Assembly: GCA_027345565.1 (NCBI GenBank)
Contig: DAHWIF010000011.1
Location: 1 to 64,000 of the forward strand
Direction: 5' to 3'
From: Candidatus Micrarchaeota archaeon
Lineage (GTDB): Archaea > Micrarchaeota > Micrarchaeia > Micrarchaeales > Micrarchaeaceae
DNA: 64,000 nt
The notes below the pieces were generated by a model that saw only the letters and a list, made by a program, of their open reading frames with translations, ran no database searches and was not told the DNA's origin. Position numbers and translations under genes: made by a program. This document shows positions 8,399 through 18,386 of this stretch, piece by piece (the first letter of the stretch is position 1; every line of letters begins with the position of its first letter).

Positions 8399-10999
8399 TT
8401 AAGGCGTCGGGATCGAAGGCGGGTTTAATTCGTAAAACTTCCTCGCTAGGAAATCAGAGTTAGCAGTTGTCCAGTCATGATTCTCATCAAGTAACCTCTC
8501 GGATTCTTCTAGAATCTTACTCGATTCCACAGGGTCACTTGTGATATACCCTTCAATAAATCCTTTTAGAGCATATGTTGATCTTTCTTGGTCTCTATCT
8601 TGAGCCGAGGCGATTCTCTCGGTCAACCACCAACCAATGCCGTTCAGGCCAGTTATGTCAAGAACACGAGCTCCCCAGAAGAATCTATGGATCTCCATAG
8701 CGGCTAGTCTTTCTTTGGTGAGGCTTCCGTCTGATTCCTGGAAGTATCCTAAACTGCTTGGTAGCGTATCAACCATATTACCAAATGCATCAACATTGCC
8801 GCCATGCAACCCCGAAACGTATTGTTCGCCTTCTTCGTAGTGTTCCTTCTGCTCACTGCCAAGCTTCATTATGTTATATTTCAAATCCCGGTGCATTAAC
8901 TTCAATTGACTGCCCAAGGTTCTACCCATGTTTTCGTAATATTCTGCCTTGCTAACGCCCATATAGCTGGCGATGCGATCGGCTATTTCCTTGTTCACAT
9001 TAATAGATCTTACAAACGGTAGATAAGGGACGTTCCACTCTCTTATCAGAACGCCATAATCAACTTGTCTTAGTTTTGAATCCTGTGCTGTATAAAGCTT
9101 ATGTGCGCTTGCTTTTGCGACATTGAGCTTTGAAAGGGATGTCGCCTCAACAGCCGCTGCGCCATATGCCAGCATATTTTGCGGATCGCCGCTATTGATG
9201 TTTATCGGGGCGGTTCTCACATTTTCTTTGCTGAGGGTAAAACCTTTCTGCTCAATCACCTTTGTCTTACCTGCCTCTTCCTTAATTACAAAAAAGACAC
9301 GCTCACTCTCCCCCCCAAAGGCAATAGTAGGCTTCATCTTGCTTCGCTTTTCTTCGGGTAGCCAGCTTACATCGGTATAGTATATGCCCTCATCTGCATC
9401 CTCAAACACCAAAAGCGGCCTGCCTTGTCTCCCGTTGCCCAATAGATTTAGTGGCACCCCATAAAGTTGCATGTTTGCGGCTATGCTCCAGCGCAATGCA
9501 TCATTATCTACTCTATCCGTTTTCTCTAGGATCTCAAATGCCTTTACCAATTCGCCAGACTGCATATACGTATTGAACTCCATCGTTGCGTCCTCCATGA
9601 GCCTATGTTCCTCTTTGTAAAATAGCCCAGCGTATCGCTCATAAGACGTACTTCCCATTAGAGTAAGCGTTGCCTCCCCAAAAAGTTTTGATCCGTCAAA
9701 CTTATCTCCGAGGAGCTCGCCAAGTAGATGAGATGAGATAGGTGTGCCGAGCGTCTTTTTTTCAAATCCCGTATCTACGGCATGAGTCAACTTGTCTTCA
9801 TTTACATCAGTGAGCAGAAGGCTCAGCGCAAAACCATACCTCTTGCCCTTTAATGAATTGAAATCAAGAGCGGTAATCCCGTGTTTGAGGTAATCTTTAA
9901 CTATCTCTTCATAGTTAGGTATATAATCCTGTGCGATTTCGGGCAAGTGATTTCTCACCATGTGTGTCTTGAAGAAATCTATAACCTGCCGGTCCACATT
10001 TTTAAGGGCATTAAGATTAGCGATTACTTGCTCTCGCTGATAATACATCTCCCGCAATGAGATAGAGAATCCGAATTCTCTTGCTGGCCCGAAAGGGATC
10101 TTTTTAATCTCTTCTACATCGCGGACAACATAATGAAAATCAAAAGCAGTTCTTTTTTCGCCGTCTTTAGGCAGTACAGATATTACATTTCTGATAGTAT
10201 CTGCGTGATTGCTTGCAGTTGCTAGGTCACTAGCTGTGAAGTAATTTATCCCTGTATCACTTGTGATACCAACATCAAATACCGACTTAATCTCCTTTGC
10301 GAGTGCAAAGTCTACTTTGCTGAAATTCACGCAATCCTCTGCAGTAGCTGCATTTAGATTTACACCTATGCTGCGCGTCCCAGCTACAGTCTCGTCTCTG
10401 ACCTGTTTCTCTGGCAGCGTAGTTAATAGTTTAAGCGCGGTCTTAAAGCTGATTTGTTTGTCCTTAATCAGATTATGCAGGTTTTCGTCGGAGGCAACAT
10501 TGAGAGTATCTTCTTTATTCAGGCCTTCTGTTCTTGCCTGTGAGACAAAATTATGGTCGGTAAGCACTAATCTTGTATAGCTAGTTCTTTTGCCTTCATT
10601 TGGCTTCGATACTGGTGTTTGCGCTACCACGCTCTGGGTACTTGGGGGCGCTTTAATAAGCGAAAACGCTTGAAGTATCTTTATGCTCTTATCCTTCTTT
10701 ACAACGTATTTTAGACCGAGCCTTTTCGCCGTGCTCCTCAATCTTGTATCGACCTCTATTTTTAGTTTGGTCAGCCCCTTTTGCACATCATTGTCCTTAT
10801 TCGAGTCCAATAGCGACTGGGATAAGTTGAAGAAATCAGCTATATCTTGGTTTATTTTCTCTATGCTTTTCTGATCCGGCTCTTCTAATGCCCCTGCGCT
10901 TTCAATTACTCTGCTGGCGGCCTTTCTTGCCCTCTCCACGCCCTCTTCTACCGGAACATTTGAATACATTTCGCCATCCGGTCTACCCATTTCCCACAC
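8399..10999 (-). CDS. Large orphan protein with putative C-terminal SelO/protein-kinase-like domain
   Basis: 866-aa uninterrupted ORF, visibly more AT-rich than its flanks; motifs IEQKG, GVLIREW, LHGGNVDAFGNMVD. The ORF is confident, the function is inferred. Confidence 0.6.
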   Translation of the reverse strand: MWEMGRPDGEMYSNVPVEEGVERARKAASRVIESAGALEEPDQKSIEKINQDIADFFNLSQSLLDSNKDNDVQKGLTKLKIEVDTRLRSTAKRLGLKYVVKKDKSIKILQAFSLIKAPPSTQSVVAQTPVSKPNEGKRTSYTRLVLTDHNFVSQARTEGLNKEDTLNVASDENLHNLIKDKQISFKTALKLLTTLPEKQVRDETVAGTRSIGVNLNAATAEDCVNFSKVDFALAKEIKSVFDVGITSDTGINYFTASDLATASNHADTIRNVISVLPKDGEKRTAFDFHYVVRDVEEIKKIPFGPAREFGFSISLREMYYQREQVIANLNALKNVDRQVIDFFKTHMVRNHLPEIAQDYIPNYEEIVKDYLKHGITALDFNSLKGKRYGFALSLLLTDVNEDKLTHAVDTGFEKKTLGTPISSHLLGELLGDKFDGSKLFGEATLTLMGSTSYERYAGLFYKEEHRLMEDATMEFNTYMQSGELVKAFEILEKTDRVDNDALRWSIAANMQLYGVPLNLLGNGRQGRPLLVFEDADEGIYYTDVSWLPEEKRSKMKPTIAFGGESERVFFVIKEEAGKTKVIEQKGFTLSKENVRTAPININSGDPQNMLAYGAAAVEATSLSKLNVAKASAHKLYTAQDSKLRQVDYGVLIREWNVPYLPFVRSINVNKEIADRIASYMGVSKAEYYENMGRTLGSQLKLMHRDLKYNIMKLGSEQKEHYEEGEQYVSGLHGGNVDAFGNMVDTLPSSLGYFQESDGSLTKERLAAMEIHRFFWGARVLDITGLNGIGWWLTERIASAQDRDQERSTYALKGFIEGYITSDPVESSKILEESERLLDENHDWTTANSDFLARKFYELNPPSIPTP

Positions 11000-11035
11000 C
11001 TTGCTCCCCCTATAATATTAGGTCTTTTTAGATAT

Positions 11036-12148
11036 TTAAGGGTTTTTGCTCGCTTTCTGAGAAGTGCGCGAGAGGTACAGTTGGAGCGCTGCCTCTATGT
11101 TCGGAGCGTACATCACCCCTATGAGCCTGCCTCCCTTCATCACGGCGAGCGTATCCACTTCATCGTTCCTCATGGTTTCAAGGACCTTGGAGAGACTCTC
11201 GTTGTATTGTATCTGTTTCACCTGCGTAGTGAAATACGCTGCGCTCTGCTTGGTGATTCTCCCGTGGCTTTCCATCATCCTTGCCAGCTGCTTCTCCGAT
11301 GCCTTCATTAGCCATTTCCCTTTCCTTACCAGTACCACTCTGGTGCCCCTATCAAGCATTGCCTTATATAGGGATTCGACGCTCATCCCGCTCTTAGCTA
11401 TTATGTAGTTGCTGCTCATCATGTCCGCGGCTTTCATCTTATCCGTATGCATCTTTACAACGGCAGCCTGCATCTCCGCCCTTGCACCGTCGTAAAGGAA
11501 GAGGGCTATTATCACGTCCCAGAATACTATGAACTCGCGGTATAAGAACGTCGCATTCGGCAGGGCAACCGCGTACACCACAGTACCAAGTATGATCGCT
11601 ACGATGACCCAATCGCTAGCCCTTACGGCCATGCGGGTTGACTCCATGAAGCTGTGCTTCCTCTGAAGGTAGCTCCTGAGCACACGTCCTCCGTCAAGCG
11701 GGAAGCCGGGCAGTAGGTTGAACAGGCCGAGCAGTATGTTTATCTCGAAGAGGAACTGTATTCCCTGCTTCAGGAAGCCAGTGCCAGGAACGTAGAGCCA
11801 TAGCACGCCGAAAACAACGCCCAACGCTATGCTGGTCAATGGCCCTGCTATCGCTATCCTGAACTCGACATCAGGCTTTACTTTATCCATGTCTATTACG
11901 GACGCGCCGCCTATCGGAAGGAGTATTATCTTTTTGACGCGTATGTGGTTGCGCTGCGAGACTATCGAGTGGGCGAGCTCATGGATCAGGACGCAGATGA
12001 AGAGGATTATTATGAGCGAGAAGAGGAAAAGCCCCTCTGTAGATGTGGCAAGGAAGACGAATGCGAGGAGTATCAGCGCTAGAAAAGTCCAGTGCAGCTG
12101 TATAGTTATGCCGGATATCTTGCCTATGTTTGGCGAAAGCGAGACCAT
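11036..12148 (-). CDS. Site-2 protease (M50) with C-terminal CBS domains
   Basis: HELAH, IAIAGP, FNLLPGFPLDGGR; CBS-like C-terminus. Confidence 0.93.
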   Translation of the reverse strand: MVSLSPNIGKISGITIQLHWTFLALILLAFVFLATSTEGLFLFSLIIILFICVLIHELAHSIVSQRNHIRVKKIILLPIGGASVIDMDKVKPDVEFRIAIAGPLTSIALGVVFGVLWLYVPGTGFLKQGIQFLFEINILLGLFNLLPGFPLDGGRVLRSYLQRKHSFMESTRMAVRASDWVIVAIILGTVVYAVALPNATFLYREFIVFWDVIIALFLYDGARAEMQAAVVKMHTDKMKAADMMSSNYIIAKSGMSVESLYKAMLDRGTRVVLVRKGKWLMKASEKQLARMMESHGRITKQSAAYFTTQVKQIQYNESLSKVLETMRNDEVDTLAVMKGGRLIGVMYAPNIEAALQLYLSRTSQKASKNP

Positions 12149-12195
12149 GAAAGCACGTTATTAATGCTCCCGATTAATATAGTAATCTGTGTTTT

Positions 12196-12951
12196 ATGTC
12201 CGGTTACCAGATTAGATTCCTCTACGATGGCGCTGCGTTGCTTCTCTACAGCAGAGCGAAGCGTCACCTGGTGCTCGGCGACCTGCACCTGGGCTTGGAA
12301 AGGAAACTGCACGAGAGAGGCGTCCATATCTACAGCATGGCAGAGCACATGGCTGGGCAGATAAAAGCCCTGGCAGAGAGAGGTAAAACCGGGAGCGTGA
12401 TACTGCTGGGCGACATAAAGGAGAGCATAATGTATCCAGATGCAGCGGAGCGAAGCAGCATAGACGAGTTCTTCAGGCTGCTTGGCGGACTCGATGTAAG
12501 AATCGCCGCGGGAAACCACGATGGGCACCTCGCAGAGCTAGTCAAGGCTAGGATTGACAACGAGATAATCATCGGCAACGTAGCGATGCTTCACGGGCAC
12601 ATGTGGCCTTCTGAAGAGGCGATGACGAAGGATTACATCGTCGTGGCGCACAACCATGTGGCTGTATCGTTCAGGGATGAGAACGGCGCGCTCTACAACC
12701 AAAGGGCATGGTTGGTGGCGAAAGTAGACCAGAGTGGCGCTAGGAGGAGATATAAAACGTTCAATGTGAATGCAAAACTGATAGTCATGCCGGCTTTCAA
12801 TGACCTGATAATCGGGAAGGCGGTTAACGAGCTTGAAGGGAACCACATAAATCCGTTGTTCAGGAATATGATATTCGACTATAAGAATGCGGACATATAT
12901 TCTATGGATGGCAGCATTTTAGGCACGCCCTCCTCACTTGCCGGGCGTTGA
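12196..12951 (+). CDS. Calcineurin-like metallophosphoesterase
   Basis: GDLHLG, LLGD, GNHD, LHGH, AHNH, VMPAFN. Confidence 0.9.
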   Translation: MSGYQIRFLYDGAALLLYSRAKRHLVLGDLHLGLERKLHERGVHIYSMAEHMAGQIKALAERGKTGSVILLGDIKESIMYPDAAERSSIDEFFRLLGGLDVRIAAGNHDGHLAELVKARIDNEIIIGNVAMLHGHMWPSEEAMTKDYIVVAHNHVAVSFRDENGALYNQRAWLVAKVDQSGARRRYKTFNVNAKLIVMPAFNDLIIGKAVNELEGNHINPLFRNMIFDYKNADIYSMDGSILGTPSSLAGR

Positions 12952-13053
12952 TTTCCCGCCCGTTTCTCTGTGCTCCGATTTTTACACATTCATCTGTCAT
13001 GTTTTTAGATACATATGCATTTGGCAGTTTTAGGTAGTTGCTCGGGATTGACC

Positions 13054-13236
13054 TTATTCCCCCCGTATTATAGTTATTGGTATAACACCGTTATTGAATT
13101 CCAGCTCTGCGAGGTCTATCGGATTTATCATCCCTTCCGGGACCTTCATTAAAGGCGGCGCTCCGTATGCGAGCTGCAGCGCCCTCGCTCCTATTATCCT
13201 GGCCTTTTCGTACTTTGAGTATTCTTCGTCTGCCAT
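13054..13236 (-). CDS. rpo6: RNA polymerase subunit Rpo6 (K)
   Basis: YSKYEKARIIGARALQLAYGAP...IPITIIR. Confidence 0.96.
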   Translation of the reverse strand: MADEEYSKYEKARIIGARALQLAYGAPPLMKVPEGMINPIDLAELEFNNGVIPITIIRGE

Positions 13237-13245
13237 CGCATTACC

Positions 13246-14688
13246 TTACATCGGGTTAGGCGGGAACCTTACCTTAGCCTCCTCCATCTCTGCTTTTACC
13301 GTCTCCCTCCATTTCACGAATCCTTCTATGCTCTTCGGGTAGTTCTCGTACATGTCATTTAAAACCTTCATCTTCTTGACAACATACCTCAGGTTGTTGA
13401 AGGCGTTCATGTTAGACACCCCCTGTATGACCATCTTAGCCTTAGATGTCAGGCTCAGCTCCGGTATCATGCCGTAGCTTATCGCCTCTGCCTCTTTTGC
13501 TGTGAGGAAAACCCTCATGCCATAGTTTATCGTCTCGTTGTTTAGCGACTGCAGGTATGTCCTGAATACCTCCAGCCCCGCGGTCTTCTTCCCGTACTCC
13601 TTATTGTACTCTAAATTGTACTGCCACATCCCGTTTACGCTGACATCGCCCGCCTGCACAGACCTGACTGCCTGCTCGCCGGCCATAATTCCGGATATGA
13701 GCGCCGGGCCTATGCCCCCTGCGCTTATCGGGTTAGGCATCGCCATGCTGTCGCCTGCACCCAAATACCCGTTGAATGTGAGGCAGTCTAGCTGCCGCCT
13801 TACCGCTACAGACCAGTAGCCCTTGCCGTTGTTGTTATCGTTGAACAGCCTTGGATTCTTTATCACTGGGTTGTTCTGTACATACTGATCCATAAGAGTG
13901 TGGAGCGTGTCTTTCTTGTTCATCTTCCTGTTCCTTATCTCGAGGCTCTGCTTCTGCACCCCGATGCCTATATTCACCCTGGCGCCCTTCTTCGGGAATA
14001 CCCAGCCATAACCGCCCGGTGACCACTCCTGGTTAAGGTGGATTAGCGCGTTTTTTGGGTCATAGAACCTCTCGTCCTCATGATCCACGTCAAAATCGTA
14101 GATATACCTGCCGGTCGATTCGACATCGGAAATGTCGACCACCTTGTCAACATACGGATTATCCGGCAGCTTCCTCCTAAGCGTCGTGGCAACGCCGAGC
14201 GCGTCTATAATTACTTTTGCCCTTATCTCCCTGTGCTGCATGTTCTTGTCCTTGCCGAACACTCCGACGAAGTAATTGTTCTCTATGATCGGGCCTTCGA
14301 CCTCGAATTGAGGCATATATTCCGCACCGTACTTGACAGCCAGCTTCATCAGCTTGCGCTCGAATATCGGCCTGTTGAGGACGTATCCTGCTCCCTCGAA
14401 CGGAACCCTGTACTCGAGGTCTGGGGAGAGCACAAGCACGCCTTCTACCTTTACATCGAGTTCTGGGTAATCGAAGCTGGTATCCAGCCTGGATTTTATG
14501 TACTGGATGTGTGAATCGGCAACGGCATCACCGCACACCCAGCCCCAGTTGGTCTTCTTGCCGACCTCCTCCTCCTTGTTCCTGTCAAGAAGCGCGACGT
14601 TGAGCCCGCCCTTCGCTGCAACCGCTGCGGCGATCGAGCCGGCTAGTCCCGCGCCTGCAACTATGACATCAAAATGGTCTGAGGGCAT
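13246..14688 (-). CDS. Geranylgeranyl reductase family FAD oxidoreductase
   Basis: GAGLAG Rossmann motif, VCGDAV, PGGYGWVFP, GDS...NPISAGGI. Confidence 0.88.
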   Translation of the reverse strand: MPSDHFDVIVAGAGLAGSIAAAVAAKGGLNVALLDRNKEEEVGKKTNWGWVCGDAVADSHIQYIKSRLDTSFDYPELDVKVEGVLVLSPDLEYRVPFEGAGYVLNRPIFERKLMKLAVKYGAEYMPQFEVEGPIIENNYFVGVFGKDKNMQHREIRAKVIIDALGVATTLRRKLPDNPYVDKVVDISDVESTGRYIYDFDVDHEDERFYDPKNALIHLNQEWSPGGYGWVFPKKGARVNIGIGVQKQSLEIRNRKMNKKDTLHTLMDQYVQNNPVIKNPRLFNDNNNGKGYWSVAVRRQLDCLTFNGYLGAGDSMAMPNPISAGGIGPALISGIMAGEQAVRSVQAGDVSVNGMWQYNLEYNKEYGKKTAGLEVFRTYLQSLNNETINYGMRVFLTAKEAEAISYGMIPELSLTSKAKMVIQGVSNMNAFNNLRYVVKKMKVLNDMYENYPKSIEGFVKWRETVKAEMEEAKVRFPPNPM

Positions 14689-14784
14689 GGATTACTCACT
14701 CTATAGTATTAAGCTGCCTAAAACAATTAGCCTTTGCGTGCTTATATTCTATGCAGCATCCTATTTAAGATTTTGCATTCTGCT

Positions 14785-15978
14785 TCAGGCAAAGCCGCTG
14801 TCCTTGTGGCGCTCCTCCTCTTCCCATGCCGAAGCGAAAGATGGCGGGATGCCTACCGGCAGCACACTTTTTGCAGATTGTATAATATCGTTTACTGCAC
14901 CTCTCAACGAGGTATCATTGATTTCTGCTTCGAACGTTAATAGAATCGTTTCCTCTTCGATATTTATCTCCGCACTGACAGCCCTTATCACTGCCCCGTA
15001 TCTCTTCTTTCCTATTGTAAACTCCCAATCTCTCACAGCATCATCCATCTGCGGCTGTTCGTGCTTTTTGAATAGCCCTCTTATGGAGCTGCCTATGCTC
15101 TTGCGCTCCGGCATTATCGGCGGGATTTTAACGGTTGGAGGCCTGAAGGAGAGATCGGAGCCGTTGCGCTCCAGCGCTAGCAGCGTGCCGAATTCTGGCA
15201 TTACTAGCCCTGGCCTTACAGCTTCGCATAAAGTCGCTACTACGTCGTGAGTTTTGCCCAGCCTGCCGATTAGGTATACCTCCTTAGTTATTCCCTCCCT
15301 GTGCAGAACTCCAATCTCCGGCTCCATGCTCTTCCTGAAGCATTCCATGATTCGGAGTGCGGCCGGATGATCTAACTCCTTCAGCCTTTCCACCGCTTCA
15401 TCCACCGTTACAACCATTCCGACCGTTTCCTGTGCGAAATCCGCAACGGCTTTGTTTACCCTTTCGAAGTATGCTGCGACGGTCGGCGTCATCTGGATTT
15501 TGCCGCGCTTTATCTCAAATGCGAGCTCATTGGCTATTGTTGGGCACTGCATGGCAGTGTATTTCCCGAGCAATTCGTCTAAGTTTGTCGGTGACTCGTT
15601 GAGTATCGTCCTTACAGTCTCCTTGCCGATTTTTGTGTATTCCTCTTTTAAACTTGGAGGTTTGTCCTTCTCTTTAAAGACCGCGGAAAGGGCCATGTGC
15701 CAAACCGTCTTTACCTCCCCGGGTCCGTTTATCTCACCCATTGTTTCGAGCAGCTTCATCGCCCTATAAGAAGTGAGTAAAAACTCTGACGGATATGGGC
15801 CATCGTATCGATATACGAGCGTGCCGTTAGGATCCATCAGGCCTACTCCGGTCTCCAGTCCGCGCTTATAGACAACTGGTGTAAACGTATCGCCTACGCC
15901 GAAAGCCATCCTAACCTGATGCCGACCAGATGCGAGGATCTCTGTAGACTTATCAACGGTTGTTTGCGGCATGCTCAT
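14785..15978 (-). CDS. Hypothetical protein (orphan)
   Basis: 397-aa ORF with an upstream TATA-like element; no recognisable motif. Confidence 0.6.
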   Translation of the reverse strand: MSMPQTTVDKSTEILASGRHQVRMAFGVGDTFTPVVYKRGLETGVGLMDPNGTLVYRYDGPYPSEFLLTSYRAMKLLETMGEINGPGEVKTVWHMALSAVFKEKDKPPSLKEEYTKIGKETVRTILNESPTNLDELLGKYTAMQCPTIANELAFEIKRGKIQMTPTVAAYFERVNKAVADFAQETVGMVVTVDEAVERLKELDHPAALRIMECFRKSMEPEIGVLHREGITKEVYLIGRLGKTHDVVATLCEAVRPGLVMPEFGTLLALERNGSDLSFRPPTVKIPPIMPERKSIGSSIRGLFKKHEQPQMDDAVRDWEFTIGKKRYGAVIRAVSAEINIEEETILLTFEAEINDTSLRGAVNDIIQSAKSVLPVGIPPSFASAWEEEERHKDSGFA

Positions 15979-16027
15979 CGAGATGCATCTGTCTATCCAG
16001 ATATTTATAGTTTTGGCAGATGTTCCG

Positions 16028-16660
16028 TCAGGAGGCCCATCCCTCAGTAAGAAGGTTGTGGCGCATCAGCAGCGGCGTGACGTATTTGCTCGTTACTGGG
16101 AGGAATATGATGAGCATTATCGCATCGCCTATTATCCAGGCTCCTAAAGCTGGCAGGTATTGCGCAGCGCTTATCAAACCCGCTTCGAAGAGTATTGAGA
16201 CGCCGAGAAAGCCCCCTATCATGTTTGTTATTATTATCAGCCAGAAGAAGAATAGCCCAAGCGCCCTTGGCTTCTGCAGTATATCTGCGGCGAACGGGCT
16301 TACATTATGCTTCGCCGCATCGCTCCGGTATATGATGAATGCCGTTATGACTGCGATGGTGTCGCTTATGCCGAAGACAATGGCTACCGGCAGTGATATC
16401 CCTGTAAAGATCCCTGCACCTACAACGGTTCCTATGTACGTCCCGATCATGCCCCAGACTCCCCACCAGAGCGTGAAGAGAACTATGAACGCCTCAGCCC
16501 AGTAGAAGAGCCCTACGCCTGCGAATGATACCGGCGAGAACACAACACCCAGATAAGAGAGCATTATTGCTATGAGCGCCTGCAGCACGAAAAGCCCGTA
16601 CCTTGCGGGCGTGTTCTTTCCGGGGTTCCATGCAAGTCCGTATCTGCTTAAAGATGCCAT
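16028..16660 (-). CDS. Integral membrane protein (MASE1 or ECF S-component-like)
   Basis: About 6 TMs; LWWGVWGMIG and WIIGDAIM segments. Confidence 0.6.
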   Translation of the reverse strand: MASLSRYGLAWNPGKNTPARYGLFVLQALIAIMLSYLGVVFSPVSFAGVGLFYWAEAFIVLFTLWWGVWGMIGTYIGTVVGAGIFTGISLPVAIVFGISDTIAVITAFIIYRSDAAKHNVSPFAADILQKPRALGLFFFWLIIITNMIGGFLGVSILFEAGLISAAQYLPALGAWIIGDAIMLIIFLPVTSKYVTPLLMRHNLLTEGWAS

Positions 16661-16730
16661 ACGCTATGCTTCTTCTTGCCCATTTAAATATATTGCCAAG
16701 AATGCAACTGCCCTGCTTCTGCCAGATAGG

Positions 16731-16831
16731 TGCAGGGGGTGAGATTTGAACTCACGAAGGCGCTAAGCCACGGGATCTTAAGTCCCGCGCATTTTCCGTG
16801 GCAATGCCGTTCCGGACTCTGCCACCCCTGC
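16731..16831 (-). tRNA. tRNA-Leu(UAA) with a ~16-nt intron in the D-loop
   Basis: GCAGGGG/CCCCTGC acceptor stem, CGGGA-CTTAAGA-TCCCG anticodon arm, long variable arm, GTGAG-TTCAAAT-CTCAC T-arm; extra segment about 16794-16809. Confidence 0.92.
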
Positions 16832-16865
16832 GATTTAGATGCTTTGCTGCAATATAAAAAGATAG

Positions 16866-17600
16866 CTATGCGTACATCGACGGCGGACCGTATGAGCCGG
16901 CATCCTTTATGCTGTCGTGGCTCTCCTTGCTCTTCTTCAGCATATCCCTCACCTTGGCCTCTATGTCTTTTGCCTCCTTCTCCAGCTCCGTGACGTCTAT
17001 GTCCAAGTCGAGCAGCTTGTTTATGCTGTTGATCGCCTGCTCCGCATATTTTGGGTCTATTATTGACGGATTGACCGACACAAGTATGTTTATGTCTGGT
17101 ATATTTGACCTGCACGAGTTGAGGAGAAGCAGCGCGCTTACTCCTGCAGATACCCCTTCTACTACGGCGTTCAGCCCGCTCTTCTGGGCCGTCTTGATGG
17201 CGTCTGGTGTCGAGGCTATCGCATATACGCTTTTGTCGTCATCGTCCCTGGCCGGCATTCCGCCAACTGATATTATCTGGGCGACCCGCTTCTCCTTGAT
17301 CAATTCAAAGAGCTTGCCGCTCAGCTCATTTACAAGAGTTACCGGTATGGCAAATTCTGAAAAGACGGTTATTACCTTCTTCTTTCCGTTGTAGTACAGC
17401 CTGACTGGAGGATACGGCTTGCCACCGTGTATTGACACTATCGGCGGGAAGTCCGCGCTATCTATATAGCCCGTGTATTCCATTTCAAGCTTGTCTATTA
17501 TGTAGCTGATGGTCATCGGCCCTACTAGGCCCAGGCCTGGAAAGCCCTCTATCAGCGTCGCCCCCCCTAGGTCTATATCCTTGACGAACTTTATTTCCAT
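16866..17600 (-). CDS. Proteasome assembly chaperone (PAC2/Pba family)
   Basis: LIEGFPGLGLVG, YPPVRLY, DPKYA; C-terminal HbYX motif (MYA). Confidence 0.9.
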   Translation of the reverse strand: MEIKFVKDIDLGGATLIEGFPGLGLVGPMTISYIIDKLEMEYTGYIDSADFPPIVSIHGGKPYPPVRLYYNGKKKVITVFSEFAIPVTLVNELSGKLFELIKEKRVAQIISVGGMPARDDDDKSVYAIASTPDAIKTAQKSGLNAVVEGVSAGVSALLLLNSCRSNIPDINILVSVNPSIIDPKYAEQAINSINKLLDLDIDVTELEKEAKDIEAKVRDMLKKSKESHDSIKDAGSYGPPSMYA

Positions 17601-17728
17601 GCTTTATCGCCTATTCTCCTTATCTGCGAAGTTATTTATAAGCCGTTACTTGGTTTCTGGGTATTTTTCTCTCGATATACCGACGATACATATTTAAGTC
17701 TTCTCGTCGATAAAGATGTGGTGAAACC

Positions 17729-17953
17729 ATGGCTCAAAGAATAGGAAGCGAGCGGGTAGGAAGAGAAGACGGTTATCTTTACTACCTAGGAAAGGACGGA
17801 TACGTATGGCGCACCCCGATGAGGACCAACCCAAGGGGCAGGAAGGCCAAGGTTGGGAGCGAGAAGGTCAGGAGAGAGGAGGGCTTTCTCTACTTCATCG
17901 ACAAGGGCGGATACGTAGCAAGGGCAAAGATGAACAGAAGGGGACGAAGGTAA
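17729..17953 (+). CDS. Small basic protein with internal duplication (putative nucleic-acid binding)
   Basis: 74 aa, Arg/Lys-rich, two copies of GSE.V.RE.G.LY...K.GYV.R..M; GGTGA ribosome-binding site upstream. Confidence 0.75.
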   Translation: MAQRIGSERVGREDGYLYYLGKDGYVWRTPMRTNPRGRKAKVGSEKVRREEGFLYFIDKGGYVARAKMNRRGRR

Positions 17954-17977
17954 TCCCATTGGTGTTGCAGAGCCAGG

Positions 17978-18382
17978 TTAAATACCGAACTTTGCAACAT
18001 CTTTTATTTTTATCCTGTTTTTCCTGACAAACCCAGCGTTGAACTCAAGCACATATCTGGAAGGCGCTTTTGGCCTGTAACCGGAAAAATCTTGCCATGA
18101 AGATGGTTTAGCTGACTCTACGAAATCCACGACCTTGTGGTTGCTGTCAAGCCAGACTATATCAAGCGGGAATCTCATATTACGCATCCATATCGGGTGA
18201 CTTCCGTCGTTCGGGAAGATGAATAACATGCATTCATTCTGCTTCATCGACTTCCTGAACATTAGCCCTACTGTCATCTTCCTCTGCGTATCTGCAACTA
18301 GTGCCGTCATCCTTTTCTTTCCTATCGTTATTGCTTTCCTCTTGAAATCCACGTTCCTAGATAGCAGCCAGAGTAAACACAT
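17978..18382 (-). CDS. DUF192 family protein
   Basis: VADT...GLMFR...MLFIF...IWMRNMRFPLDIVWLD...YVLEFNAG. Confidence 0.88.
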   Translation of the reverse strand: MCLLWLLSRNVDFKRKAITIGKKRMTALVADTQRKMTVGLMFRKSMKQNECMLFIFPNDGSHPIWMRNMRFPLDIVWLDSNHKVVDFVESAKPSSWQDFSGYRPKAPSRYVLEFNAGFVRKNRIKIKDVAKFGI

Positions 18383-18386
18383 TCGA

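Noticed and set aside
4935-12951. SMC plus metallophosphoesterase as a Rad50/Mre11 or Wadjet-like defence system
   Set aside because: The SMC has a canonical hinge and no Zn-hook; the phosphoesterase is short, divergently oriented and not adjacent; no jet-like partners
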